From a virus (Duplodnaviria > Caudoviricetes), in IMG/VR virus record IMGVR_UViG_3300010429_000387, positions 1 to 64,000 of that record: a stretch of 64,000 nt of DNA, one strand, 5' to 3'. The notes below the pieces were generated by a model. That model did no database searches, was not told the DNA's origin, and saw nothing but the letters and a program-made list of their open reading frames with translations. The translations under genes and the position numbers were made by a program. Shown one piece after another: positions 43,255-53,206 of the stretch. Position 1 is the first letter of the stretch. Every line of letters starts with the position of its first letter.

Positions 43255-46200
43255 TCTCGGTGAGGACTACACCAGTGTATATGATGTAGTTTACCACCAA
43301 GCTAGGTTGCATGTTTTCATGGGCTCCACCAGCTTCAGCATCAGTTCCGTCGATACTAATTCCAGTGTAACCATACGCACTGGAGGTGGAGAGGTATGCT
43401 GATTCATTGGTTCCACCGGCTGTAGTTGAGCTAACGGATAGACTTGTCGAGGATGTTGTGAAGGATACGGAACCGGACCCGCCGACCTCGGACCCACCCT
43501 GAACGTAGGCAGTTCCAGTTGACCCTGAGTTGTAGGCGTCAACCGCTACAGTATGGCTGTGGGGGTTGGGGCTGATGTTGTGGTAGTGCGAAGCCCCTGT
43601 AAACTCGTGGGTGTGGGAACCAAGATCGACTTCGTGATCGTGCCCATAGTCCTGGATGGTGTGGCTATGGTAGGGCAGACCCGAGGTGTAGGCCGTGAGG
43701 GTCACTGACTCCACACCAACTTGGTCTCCCATATATCGACTTATGGTGAACTCCCCATCCTCCCGAGTTCCAGCCCCAACCAAGGTTCGCCCTCGGGCAT
43801 CTGGAACATTGAATGTACTTACCCCGTCTCCTTCACCAAAGGGGTATCCTTGGGTGAAGTAGAGGCCATTCAGTACAGCATAGGTGCTCCGATCCAACTC
43901 TTGTCCGTCACAGATCACCCACCCTGGAGGTGGTTCAGCTCCAGTCCAAGCCCTGATCTCACCTACGAGAAGACCTGGAGAGAGCATGAGTTTGAAGTCC
44001 ACCCCAGTGAAGGTGAGGACTTTGCCGATATCATAAATGCTCGGGTTTGATGGAACCTGATACCCAGCAAGGGAATCAACACCACCTACGGTGAAGAAGC
44101 TCCCCACCCCAACTCGCAGCCCCATTCCAGTGAAGTCGAAGGTGGAAACCTCATCGAACCCCTCCAATGAGACCCACCCAGACTCAGCACTGGTCATTTG
44201 GAAGTCGAGAGCCTCAGACCCGGAGGGCAAAAACAACTTGGGGTTGGGGTTGTAGGGGGAGAATTCTTGAATCCCTCCGAAGTAAGCGTAACCACTGATA
44301 CTGCTGCCCCCATAGCCGTTCAAGGTCAGAACGTAGTCACGGGTAGAGTCGTCCCCATCCATGGCTGTTACCCTGGATGGGTTGTCCCCACTAGGAAGGG
44401 CATACTCAACTCCGGGTGTTGTAGACCCACTAGAGAATTGGTAGAGGTAGTCTCGGCCAACCATGTATACATTGTTAGTAGTGACCGCTACATCAAGAAG
44501 AGGGTCAGTCCTGCTATGACCACCTACCTGAATCTGGGTTCCCGTTTGAGAGTCCACATCGATTTGGTAGGCGCAGGCTAGGTGAACCCCATCCCAAATA
44601 AGATACCCGGCGAGCCAGATGTAGCTTCCGTTGGGTTCCGCCATCATTGCCGCTGGACTGGGGATAAAGTCGCCATCATAGTCATAGGTGATGGTTGTGA
44701 CCTCGACACCGGTCACCGGATTCAACATTGCTGCATAACTTACCCCATCCACGACCCTAATGTTGACCCAAAGCTGGCCGTCCCCATCTACCGCTAGTCC
44801 CGTACACAGGAAATCCAGGGGGCGCTCTACAAATGGAACAGCTTCGATTGGGGTTGCACCAAGGTCAATCTTCCAAACCCTACCTTCTCCGAAGTTGTCA
44901 GACCCAGCAACCCAGACACAGTTGTTCACCCCATCATAGAGAATGTCTTTGAGTTCAGCGTTGGCATTCGTGGTCACAGGGTAGAACTGGTTCACACGGT
45001 CTACCCCACCATTCTCTGAGAAGGTCAGGGTGACGTGAACAACACCCTTTCCGTTCTTCAGGAGTACCCACCACTCACTCCAATCCACAACGGAGATGAT
45101 GCTAGGCTCGACCTGTGCAGAACCCTTGATTACCGCCATGCCGGACACATTCCCAGCCAGGTCTGTTGGAGGAGTTCTGTCCCTGGATCGGTAAATCTTG
45201 AGCCCATCCGGGATGATCGGGGACTTCTGAATCCCGTTTACTACTGGGTCTGGATAGGTTCCTGTGAGATCCCCCCCTGCCTCACCTGGGGACCCAACAG
45301 ACTCAAACACGAAGCTGTTCCCACGGAAGACTGGGACAGTCCCCTGTCCCTCAGCTTGGCTATTGAACGGGTGAATGGGGTACCCAGCCAGGTGCATATC
45401 TGGGCCAAACTGAAGTGCCCCTCCCATTGGGTACTGGAACCAGTTGAGTTCCCCATCAACCTCACCAAGAGCCCCAACATACTCAGCAGAACGATAAGTT
45501 ACCAGAAGCTCCGACCCAAGATTGAAAGCAATATGTCCTGGATTTGAACCGTATGGAGCCAGGACTGTTTGCCCCAGAGAGGGGTCGTTCGGGGACTCTG
45601 TATTGTACAGGTCATCTATCCGAAGGAGCTGGTAGCAGTTTCGGGAGGTTGGCCCTGGGGTACATAGAACCCAAGCCGTGGGCGTGTTCTCTGGGAGGCG
45701 AGATGCAACCCCAATCGGATTGGTGAAAGGTGGGAAACTGAAAGATCGGGTCAGCTCAAACCCGTCAGTGGTACTAATAAACTCTACCCCACCACTTCCT
45801 CGGTTGTCACGTTGCCCGTTGGCAACAACTGTAAGGGTATACTCGCCCCCAAACCCAAGGTTAACCTGGATGTCAGTGACATCTGTTGACCCACCTGTTT
45901 CGACAATGTGGGAGTCCCAGGTAGTTCCATCGTAGGAGTACACAACCCCTGTGTATGCGTCCCCAAGCTCAGGGATCTCCCCATAGTATGTTCCACCGAA
46001 GTAGACTTTCGTCTCTCTTTCATCACTCGCACATTGGATGTCTGACATCCCCTCAGGGAAGTCGATAATGGCACCTATTGTCTCAACTTGTGAGTCAAAA
46101 GGAATGAGCCTCTTGATATTTTGAGTCCCATCTACGAACAATAGCCAGACAAGCTCCAAATCTTGGGATGAAGCCACTTTGAGGAGCTGTGACCCACCCT

Positions 46201-46915
46201 CTGGTAGTGAAGGAGTGATGTCATACTCAAACACTTCGTGGTCAGACAGTGTCACGCACCAGAGGAGCTGTTGTACTGGATTGGTTCCCTCTCGATACCC
46301 AATGACCCAAAGGTAATCCCTTCCATCGTAAGTGGCATCAACGATAGTGGCCTCTTCTTCTGGGTCAGGGGTTCCATCTCCCAGGGGGGGTCCAAGAAAG
46401 TCTAAAACCTCCCTGCTTTCAAGAGTATCTGGGCTGTCACTCCAGGACAAGAATACAATGCTCTTGCGTCGGAGAACCGCAAGTCTCCAAGGCTGTAAGG
46501 GTACTACCTTGAAGGGCCAGGTTGACCCTTCTGTGTGCTGAAGCAGGTCCCCTGCCTTGGTCAAGGGTTGGAGATCCTTGTAGGGGTTCACTCCTTCCCA
46601 GGTAGAGGCGTCAATGATACCCTGACCGAGAACCCCAACTACGGTTTGCTTCGTGGATCCACCTGAGAGGTCTCCCCCAGCAGTGAACCCGCCACCTGAG
46701 CTGAAGGGATTCCAGGTGAGGAGGTCGCTCCCGAGTTGCCACATGGAGCCTTCTTCCTCGGCCCACACGAGCATCCCAGCTTTTCGGCTGACAGAAGCGA
46801 TAGCATCTCTTTCTGCGATGTTAGCTACAGCTCGGAATCCGCCCTTGGTGCTTGTGTCCTCAACGAGTGGAAAAGACCCGAGAGGGACGAGAATGTCTGT
46901 TAGTCCGATAGGCAT
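43238..46915 (-). CDS. Large tail-fibre protein with beta-propeller-like repeats and C-terminal tail-collar domain
   Basis: GEIRAW.G...PPGWVICDGQ, FG.GDG.STFNVPDARGR..VG.G, HSH repeats, HENMQPSLVVNYII. Confidence 0.85.
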   Translation of the reverse strand: MPIGLTDILVPLGSFPLVEDTSTKGGFRAVANIAERDAIASVSRKAGMLVWAEEEGSMWQLGSDLLTWNPFSSGGGFTAGGDLSGGSTKQTVVGVLGQGIIDASTWEGVNPYKDLQPLTKAGDLLQHTEGSTWPFKVVPLQPWRLAVLRRKSIVFLSWSDSPDTLESREVLDFLGPPLGDGTPDPEEEATIVDATYDGRDYLWVIGYREGTNPVQQLLWCVTLSDHEVFEYDITPSLPEGGSQLLKVASSQDLELVWLLFVDGTQNIKRLIPFDSQVETIGAIIDFPEGMSDIQCASDERETKVYFGGTYYGEIPELGDAYTGVVYSYDGTTWDSHIVETGGSTDVTDIQVNLGFGGEYTLTVVANGQRDNRGSGGVEFISTTDGFELTRSFSFPPFTNPIGVASRLPENTPTAWVLCTPGPTSRNCYQLLRIDDLYNTESPNDPSLGQTVLAPYGSNPGHIAFNLGSELLVTYRSAEYVGALGEVDGELNWFQYPMGGALQFGPDMHLAGYPIHPFNSQAEGQGTVPVFRGNSFVFESVGSPGEAGGDLTGTYPDPVVNGIQKSPIIPDGLKIYRSRDRTPPTDLAGNVSGMAVIKGSAQVEPSIISVVDWSEWWVLLKNGKGVVHVTLTFSENGGVDRVNQFYPVTTNANAELKDILYDGVNNCVWVAGSDNFGEGRVWKIDLGATPIEAVPFVERPLDFLCTGLAVDGDGQLWVNIRVVDGVSYAAMLNPVTGVEVTTITYDYDGDFIPSPAAMMAEPNGSYIWLAGYLIWDGVHLACAYQIDVDSQTGTQIQVGGHSRTDPLLDVAVTTNNVYMVGRDYLYQFSSGSTTPGVEYALPSGDNPSRVTAMDGDDSTRDYVLTLNGYGGSSISGYAYFGGIQEFSPYNPNPKLFLPSGSEALDFQMTSAESGWVSLEGFDEVSTFDFTGMGLRVGVGSFFTVGGVDSLAGYQVPSNPSIYDIGKVLTFTGVDFKLMLSPGLLVGEIRAWTGAEPPPGWVICDGQELDRSTYAVLNGLYFTQGYPFGEGDGVSTFNVPDARGRTLVGAGTREDGEFTISRYMGDQVGVESVTLTAYTSGLPYHSHTIQDYGHDHEVDLGSHTHEFTGASHYHNISPNPHSHTVAVDAYNSGSTGTAYVQGGSEVGGSGSVSFTTSSTSLSVSSTTAGGTNESAYLSTSSAYGYTGISIDGTDAEAGGAHENMQPSLVVNYIIYTGVVLTEIVPIG

Positions 46916-46916
46916 G

Positions 46917-48119
46917 TCAGGTCACCACAAAGGCGAGGTTGGTTCCAGTGAGGAGATTGGTGCTCTCATAAACGTAGTACGTCCGAGTCACACCATTGAT
47001 GTTGGTGAGTTGGATCTCGACGGGTTCATTGAAGGCAGCGGGGAACCCGTTCAAGGTGAAGGTTGCGGCTCCATACGCCTTGGGGTAAGCGTAGTAGACC
47101 TTTTGGTCGCTTGGACTCACCGTAATGACCCGATTCCTTGAGGTAGCAAGGGTCGTCCCAGCAAGTGCCTTCACATCTTCTTCAGTGAGGGCCTCAGCCT
47201 CTCCCACCCCATACCAAATGTCACTGGTCCAAGTGACAGTCCAAGAGGCTGTCTTGACACTCCCCTTCGAGGCAGTAAGGGTGGCTGTCATCGTTGGGTC
47301 TGTTCCCAGATCGGTTCCGAACCGTTGGGCAGATCCACCTAGGCCCCAACTGGTATATGACCCAAGATTAGACCAGGACCCAGGGTTCACATCACCACCA
47401 GTGGTACTCCCCCCGAAAGAATTCGCCACTGAGGCAGAGTTTGGAGGGCCAGAAGTATAGGTCGAGGAAGCCGTGACCGAGCTGATGCTGTCCCCTCTTC
47501 GGTAGAGAGTGGTTCCACCATTGGGGGCGGTCTTCGAGAAAGAGGCAATGGCAAAGGCCGGAAGAATCATCTCCTGAGTCAGTCGAGCAAAGACCGGGCT
47601 CCCACCTGGGTCCTCCATCAAGACGGCGTATTGCTCTCCGGAGACTGGTGGAAGCCCACCACCACCACCACCACCACCAGAACGAATGAAGGTGTTGATC
47701 GTAGTGGCCCACCCAAAGTCGGGATCTCCCTCGAAACGTTCACCCACGGCTGCCACTCGAAAGCCGTCAGTAGTCAGGGTGTAGATCCCGAAGTTTGAGA
47801 CCAGGCCCGCCCCACCACCGTTGACCATCGAACGGAAGATGATTGCCCGACCAATGCCAACTCCGGCAGGCATTGTGAAGGTCACCTCTGAGGTTGGGTC
47901 GGAGACCACATGGGTCTCTGGGTCCACTCCGGAGAGGGCCGGAGCAATACCTGTGACCTCATCCACCCCAAACGCCTGAAGTGTCCACTGTGACACTTCA
48001 TCGGAACTTACCAGTCTCAAATAGATGGTGTTCCCAGGGGTAACATTGATCCCGGCTGTGGGGGTAGTCCAGCTTCCCCCTACCCCGTCTTTGACTTGAA
48101 CCGTTGGTGAGGCAGCCAT
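46917..48119 (-). CDS. Putative virion structural protein
   Basis: N-terminal module shared with 48779..51043; G/S/T-rich. Confidence 0.7.
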   Translation of the reverse strand: MAASPTVQVKDGVGGSWTTPTAGINVTPGNTIYLRLVSSDEVSQWTLQAFGVDEVTGIAPALSGVDPETHVVSDPTSEVTFTMPAGVGIGRAIIFRSMVNGGGAGLVSNFGIYTLTTDGFRVAAVGERFEGDPDFGWATTINTFIRSGGGGGGGGLPPVSGEQYAVLMEDPGGSPVFARLTQEMILPAFAIASFSKTAPNGGTTLYRRGDSISSVTASSTYTSGPPNSASVANSFGGSTTGGDVNPGSWSNLGSYTSWGLGGSAQRFGTDLGTDPTMTATLTASKGSVKTASWTVTWTSDIWYGVGEAEALTEEDVKALAGTTLATSRNRVITVSPSDQKVYYAYPKAYGAATFTLNGFPAAFNEPVEIQLTNINGVTRTYYVYESTNLLTGTNLAFVVT

Positions 48120-48121
48120 GA

Positions 48122-48484
48122 CTACTCCTTGCAGGTCTCGGGAGCCTTCTTGCGATACTCCTCGACCTTGTCACAGCTCGGAACGAGCATGACGCATCGA
48201 GGGTTCATGAAGGCACCACGATCTTGAGAGACCTTGCAGAACTCCTCACAGGTCTCGTTCGGGACATCCACTGGGCCAGGCTTGTCCGAGTTGTAGACCG
48301 GGGTCCCTTCCTCGCAACCAAGCCCACCCTTGTCTTTGGGGCCTAGGTGAGCACACATCTTCCCACACAGGTCTGTGTCCGGGGGCTTGATGGGGGCGGG
48401 GCTCGGGGCCTCACGATCCCCCTGGTGTGGGCACCCAACGAGGAACAGTCCGATCAGGATGGTGAAGAGGCTGATGTGTCTCAT
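48122..48484 (-). CDS. Cys-rich lipoprotein
   Basis: MRHISLFTILIGLFLVG-C lipobox; many Cys. Confidence 0.7.
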   Translation of the reverse strand: MRHISLFTILIGLFLVGCPHQGDREAPSPAPIKPPDTDLCGKMCAHLGPKDKGGLGCEEGTPVYNSDKPGPVDVPNETCEEFCKVSQDRGAFMNPRCVMLVPSCDKVEEYRKKAPETCKE

Positions 48485-48509
48485 GCTATGCTCCGAGTTG
48501 AAAGGTAGC

Positions 48510-48782
48510 TTAGTGAGATGGGAGCCGATCCACGGAGATCGGCATTTGTTGACCACCTTCTGGACCAAGTGTGAGAAAGGTCAACCCATCCGTGGACATA
48601 ATGAAGGGTCCCGGCAGAACAGCTACCACCCCCTGGAGTTCCGAGACAGATGCCGCTCGAAAGTAGCGTTGTGACCATTTCTTGAAGAAGACTCGCATCG
48701 GGATGAAGGTTTCGCCAGAGTTTACCGACTCTTGCAGTTGAGCATCCAGCTCTTCTTTGGTCAGGATGATGTTGGTGATCAT
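48510..48782 (-). CDS. Hypothetical protein
   Basis: ATGA coupling to the upstream gene. Confidence 0.5.
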   Translation of the reverse strand: MITNIILTKEELDAQLQESVNSGETFIPMRVFFKKWSQRYFRAASVSELQGVVAVLPGPFIMSTDGLTFLTLGPEGGQQMPISVDRLPSH

Positions 48783-51043
48783 GCGGTCTCCCAGCTCACA
48801 ACAATGTCAGTTCGGTAGAGTTCAGCGTTAGCACCGGCTGCATCGACATAAGCGACCACCTCGAACAGTCCAGAGGTGACTGCTGGTGCCAGGGTATTGA
48901 TCCAAGAAGTCAGTTCGGTGAGTTCCACGTCAAAGGTTGAGACTGGGCCACCTACATAGCCTCCAACGGTTGTGATTGTCTGGGTGGCACTGGCAAGATA
49001 TCCAACAGCCCCAGAAGCCCCATTGCAGTCGTATACCTTGATCGTGAGGGTCCCCGTAGCGGTACAGTGCCCCTCTCCTCGGAAGCGGACCCGACGGTAG
49101 CGACGGCCCTTCTTGGCGATCTTGTGGGATTGAGTGGATTCGTTTGATGGGTGAACCAGACGAGCAAAGCCAACCACCTGAGGGCTCGTGTTCACTATGC
49201 CCCTTACTACCCCGCTGGTGGCCTGGGCATACTCGTTGGAGGTTCCTCCTCCAAGCTCTACATCGAGGGGTCTGTCGAGCCAGGAGATCGAGTTGAACGC
49301 CTGGTTTCCACCCATGTTGGTACAGGTGAACTGAAGAGTTGTACCACCCCCAACCCAGAAGGCCATAACCCCAGGGGCTATAGCAATCATGTTGCTTCTC
49401 ACTGGAGAGTAATCCGGGGTTCCGAGCCAGGTCATCGAAGCGGGATCGAAGTGCCCAATATCATCGGTGGTGCTCCTGAACCACACGGTCTCTCCATCCC
49501 ATACCATCCGGCTCCAGTCAGCATTGAGCGATCCACCATACAAACCGAATCGAACGTCGGCCCCATTGGCAGCCAATGTTGCATCAACAACCATTCTCCT
49601 TGGGTCAATACGATAGAATGCGTTGTTTGCAACGCTCATCACAATGATGTTCTGCCCATCAAAGATGATGTCCCTTGGGTCGTTGATGTAGATGTCACCG
49701 ATTGCAACGATTGTGGCTGCATCAGACCCAACCTCCATCTTGTACACACGGTCACCAGCCGTATCACAGACCCAAATGTTCTCCTCAGCGTCGGCACAAA
49801 TAGCAGTTGGTTGGAGTCCTGGGAACTGCCATGCCCCATAGCACACACCACCATTCCAGTCATACAGGTAGATGGTGTTCTCATTGGGGGCAGTGACCAT
49901 AATCTGCCCGAATTTATGAGAAGAGTTCTGCCCCTTCATTGAAACAGCAATGCGACCTCCGAGGAAACCATCCGTGGTGTTGGGGCAGCACTTTGTGTAG
50001 AAAGGGTTCCCTGTAACCGGGTTGGTCATCGACCGGTAGATGTTCATCAAGTAGAAGCCGTTTGGCTGAACTCCTGCTATAAAGTTCCCACCGACCCAGT
50101 CTGTGTGAGCAACCAGGTCAGTACAGTTCATCCCCGGTAGGTTGCCATTGAGTGGGATGTCTGCATCACCTACCGCCGAAAACTGAGCCCACTTACGGGA
50201 TGTTCCTTCGTTGATGTTGTAAGACCAGAGCCAACCATCCTCCCCGTTCCAGGTTCCTGTGAAAAAGACCTCGTCCCCTAGAAGGCAAGAGGCCATCGCT
50301 GCTGGGATGTTGGAGGGTCCGACTGCTGGGCTTGTGATCGAGTCTGAGGTAAGGCTGCGAATGACTGGGCTTGCCCCAATATTTCTGCCTACATAGTATT
50401 GAAATCCCTCGGACCAGGAACGCCCTCCTGTCAAATTGGTCCGCCTATAGGGGACAGCTCTAGCGCCCGAGGAGTTGTCAGCCCTAGCAAACTTCAGGGG
50501 TAGGTCAGTTGGGGAGTATGCGGTCCCATTGAAAACTAGGCCCTGACCTAGGCTTGGACCAGCATAAACTGGGGTTCCCTGGATAGAGGTTGCATCAACC
50601 CCTCCAGGGGTTGCGTTGCGAATCAGCTTGTTGACTAGACGGGTCCACCCGAACTCGGAATCCCCTTCATGAGTCATCCCCACGAAACCGACACGGTCTC
50701 CGTTCATAGTCAAGGTGAAGACTGCAAACTTAGAGATGTGGGATGGATCAGTTCCATCAACCCTGGAGTGGAATCCGAAGGCCCGGCCATCAGCATCCTC
50801 CATTGTGAAGGTAACCTCGGTCGTGGGACTCAAGACCAGATGCGTCCCTGGGTTCACATCCGACAGGGTGGGGGTGATTGATTCCTCATCAGTTCCTAGG
50901 GATCTGAGGTACCAAGAGCTAACCCCCGTAGCATCCTTGAGCCGAATGGAGATGATGTTTCCAGGTGTGACATCAACCCCATCCAGGGTCTCCTGCCAGG
51001 AACCCGAGCCGTCCTTGACCTGCACAGTGGAGAAGATGCTCAT
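48779..51043 (-). CDS. Putative tail/receptor-binding protein with beta-propeller-like repeats
   Basis: TVQVKDG.G.W..GV.VTPGN.I.IRL module; P..I..D..NIWV and FDG..I repeats. Confidence 0.75.
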   Translation of the reverse strand: MSIFSTVQVKDGSGSWQETLDGVDVTPGNIISIRLKDATGVSSWYLRSLGTDEESITPTLSDVNPGTHLVLSPTTEVTFTMEDADGRAFGFHSRVDGTDPSHISKFAVFTLTMNGDRVGFVGMTHEGDSEFGWTRLVNKLIRNATPGGVDATSIQGTPVYAGPSLGQGLVFNGTAYSPTDLPLKFARADNSSGARAVPYRRTNLTGGRSWSEGFQYYVGRNIGASPVIRSLTSDSITSPAVGPSNIPAAMASCLLGDEVFFTGTWNGEDGWLWSYNINEGTSRKWAQFSAVGDADIPLNGNLPGMNCTDLVAHTDWVGGNFIAGVQPNGFYLMNIYRSMTNPVTGNPFYTKCCPNTTDGFLGGRIAVSMKGQNSSHKFGQIMVTAPNENTIYLYDWNGGVCYGAWQFPGLQPTAICADAEENIWVCDTAGDRVYKMEVGSDAATIVAIGDIYINDPRDIIFDGQNIIVMSVANNAFYRIDPRRMVVDATLAANGADVRFGLYGGSLNADWSRMVWDGETVWFRSTTDDIGHFDPASMTWLGTPDYSPVRSNMIAIAPGVMAFWVGGGTTLQFTCTNMGGNQAFNSISWLDRPLDVELGGGTSNEYAQATSGVVRGIVNTSPQVVGFARLVHPSNESTQSHKIAKKGRRYRRVRFRGEGHCTATGTLTIKVYDCNGASGAVGYLASATQTITTVGGYVGGPVSTFDVELTELTSWINTLAPAVTSGLFEVVAYVDAAGANAELYRTDIVVSWETA

Positions 51044-51137
51044 CCTACCGAGGTTATGGGATGAGTTCTTTATCCACGGCCTCGGTAGCTGGGATCGATA
51101 AACCTTCTACGTGAAGGGCCTCGGTAGAGGAAGCACC

Positions 51138-51959
51138 ATGGAGATCAAGCTAGGCTACCGTCGGGACCCCATCGAAGGTGTCAAGAACGACTTCGACTTC
51201 AAGACCCAGCTCAAGCCCTTCCTGATCAGCACCTCTGACGGGGACATTGACCTGAGCCCTTTCGCAACTGAGTCAAATCAGTACAACATCGGCTCATGTG
51301 CCGGGAATGCTACAGCAGATTCGGTGGAGGTAGTGAGCGCCATCGACGAAGCCGACAAGGCTGCTGCCGAAGGCAGGGCTCCACGCCCCCCGGTTCAGTT
51401 GTCACGCCTCTTTGTCTACTCGATGGCCCGGTCCCTCATGGATGACGACGGAGACGGCCAGGGGGACATCAACAAGGACGACGGGACCTTCATTCGACTG
51501 TGCTTCGAGGTCCTCAGTCGCTTCGGGATCTGTGACGAGAAGGTATGGCCTTACGACACGAGCAAGGTCTTCGTCTCCCCGAGCATCAAGGCCATGCGTC
51601 AGGCTACCGGGCACAAGATCCACAGCTACTACCGCATCAGGGAGACAGGGGACGACCGGCTCACCGAGATTGTGTCAGCCCTCCAAGCTAGGCATCCCGT
51701 GGTCTTTGGGACCTTGGTGAATCAGGCGTTCACTGAGTCGAGTGGACCTTCCACGATTGACCGCCCAACAGGGGCGACCATGGGTGGTCACGCCATGATG
51801 ATCGTTGGCTATGTCAACGGACTCTTCAAGGTGAAGAACTCATGGGGTAAGGGCTGGCGTGATGGGGGCTACTGCTTCCTCACCCCTGAGTATCTGACTT
51901 GGGACAAGACCTGGGACATCTGGGTCCCGACCTCCGGCACTGTTTTTGGTAGGCGCTGA
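51138..51959 (+). CDS. Papain-like cysteine peptidase (C1 family)
   Basis: NQYNIGSCAGNA, LSRLFVY, GGHAM.IVGY, KNSWG..W...GY. Confidence 0.9.
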   Translation: MEIKLGYRRDPIEGVKNDFDFKTQLKPFLISTSDGDIDLSPFATESNQYNIGSCAGNATADSVEVVSAIDEADKAAAEGRAPRPPVQLSRLFVYSMARSLMDDDGDGQGDINKDDGTFIRLCFEVLSRFGICDEKVWPYDTSKVFVSPSIKAMRQATGHKIHSYYRIRETGDDRLTEIVSALQARHPVVFGTLVNQAFTESSGPSTIDRPTGATMGGHAMMIVGYVNGLFKVKNSWGKGWRDGGYCFLTPEYLTWDKTWDIWVPTSGTVFGRR

Positions 51960-52750
51960 TGAACCACCTCACCCTTGAGCAACTGGCTGTTCGAGTAGCC
52001 ACCCGGTACTTGGAGGCCAGGATCTCCCCTCAGCAGAGGCGGAAGGAACTTCGGGAAGAGAAGAACGACTTCACCGAGAAGAACATCCCTCCAGAGCACC
52101 TAGCCCTTTGGCGAAAGGTCAAGAACCAGTTCAAAGGAACTCCTGACCAAAGAGCCGAACGGTTCATGGAGTACGTCGAGGAGCACCCAGGAGAGAGTGA
52201 GCGAGTGCTCCAAGAGAATGCGGACAAGTACGTGTCCAAGATGCTCCGGGAGCAGGACAAGGAGTACCGTGAGCAGCGGAAGAAAGAGAAGGAGTGCGAG
52301 AAGATCCAGGACAAGTACGAGACTGCTTGGTACAAGGAGCAGGAGCGGGCGACCAGGGAGAAGCACAAGCTCAACCAACTGAAAGAGATGGCAGACGCCT
52401 GTCTCAAGAATTGCCCAACCTGCAACTGGGGGGACGCTGGGAAGAGCACCTACGATGATGAGGTTCCCTTCGCTTGCGCTGCTTCTGTAAAGCGGGCCTC
52501 CTTCTTCAACGTGGGGGACATCATCCTCTACGGCAAGTACAAGAACAAGAAGGGCCGTGTTGTCAGCTTCGGATCGGACAAACATGGGAACCCAACTGTC
52601 GAGATCGAGCCGATCCCCAAGGGTAGGAAGCAGAACAAGGTGTTTGGCCTCTACAAGATTTGGCACGTTCCAGCGGATCCCAAGGTGGCCTCGGAGGTCC
52701 TTCTTGTGAACAATGTGGTCGCTCGGTTCCTGGGCGACGAAACTGAATGA
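51959..52750 (+). CDS. Hypothetical protein with coiled coil and C-terminal KOW/SH3-like domain
   Basis: RVATRY at the N-terminus; FNVGDIILYGKYKNKKG. Confidence 0.75.
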   Translation: MNHLTLEQLAVRVATRYLEARISPQQRRKELREEKNDFTEKNIPPEHLALWRKVKNQFKGTPDQRAERFMEYVEEHPGESERVLQENADKYVSKMLREQDKEYREQRKKEKECEKIQDKYETAWYKEQERATREKHKLNQLKEMADACLKNCPTCNWGDAGKSTYDDEVPFACAASVKRASFFNVGDIILYGKYKNKKGRVVSFGSDKHGNPTVEIEPIPKGRKQNKVFGLYKIWHVPADPKVASEVLLVNNVVARFLGDETE

Positions 52751-52798
52751 AGCTCTTGTAAGGGGGCTTGACCTGTTCCCCTGTTTGGAGGTCAAGAG

Positions 52799-53206
52799 AT
52801 GGGACAGTTGTCGAGCGCCGGGCTCCACCTCATTGTTGATGGCTACGTGGAAGACCCCTCTGTTTTCACAAGAGAAACGATTGAAGCGTTGCTCGCTCAG
52901 ATCGTCTCGGCTCTTGACATGAAGGCCCTGGACCTGCCCCACGTCTACGAAGTTCCAGTAGACCCGGAGGTACTTCGCCGGGTTCAAGAGACAGGGAAGT
53001 TCGAGGATGAGGGTGGGATCACAGCCATCTGTGTGATCTCCACCAGTCACCTGAGCATCCATTGCTGGCCCCTTCAGAAGTTCTTCAGCCTGGATGCGTT
53101 CTCCTGCAAGAACTTCAACGCTGACCTGGCCTACAGCATCATCAAGGAGATGCTCCGGGTCGAGAAGGCCAACGTGACCGTGGTCCAGCGAAGGCGTCCC
53201 ACCTAG
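52799..53206 (+). CDS. speD: S-adenosylmethionine decarboxylase proenzyme-like protein
   Basis: GLHLIVD, GGIT...ISTSHLSIHCWP, LDAFSC. Confidence 0.85.
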   Translation: MGQLSSAGLHLIVDGYVEDPSVFTRETIEALLAQIVSALDMKALDLPHVYEVPVDPEVLRRVQETGKFEDEGGITAICVISTSHLSIHCWPLQKFFSLDAFSCKNFNADLAYSIIKEMLRVEKANVTVVQRRRPT

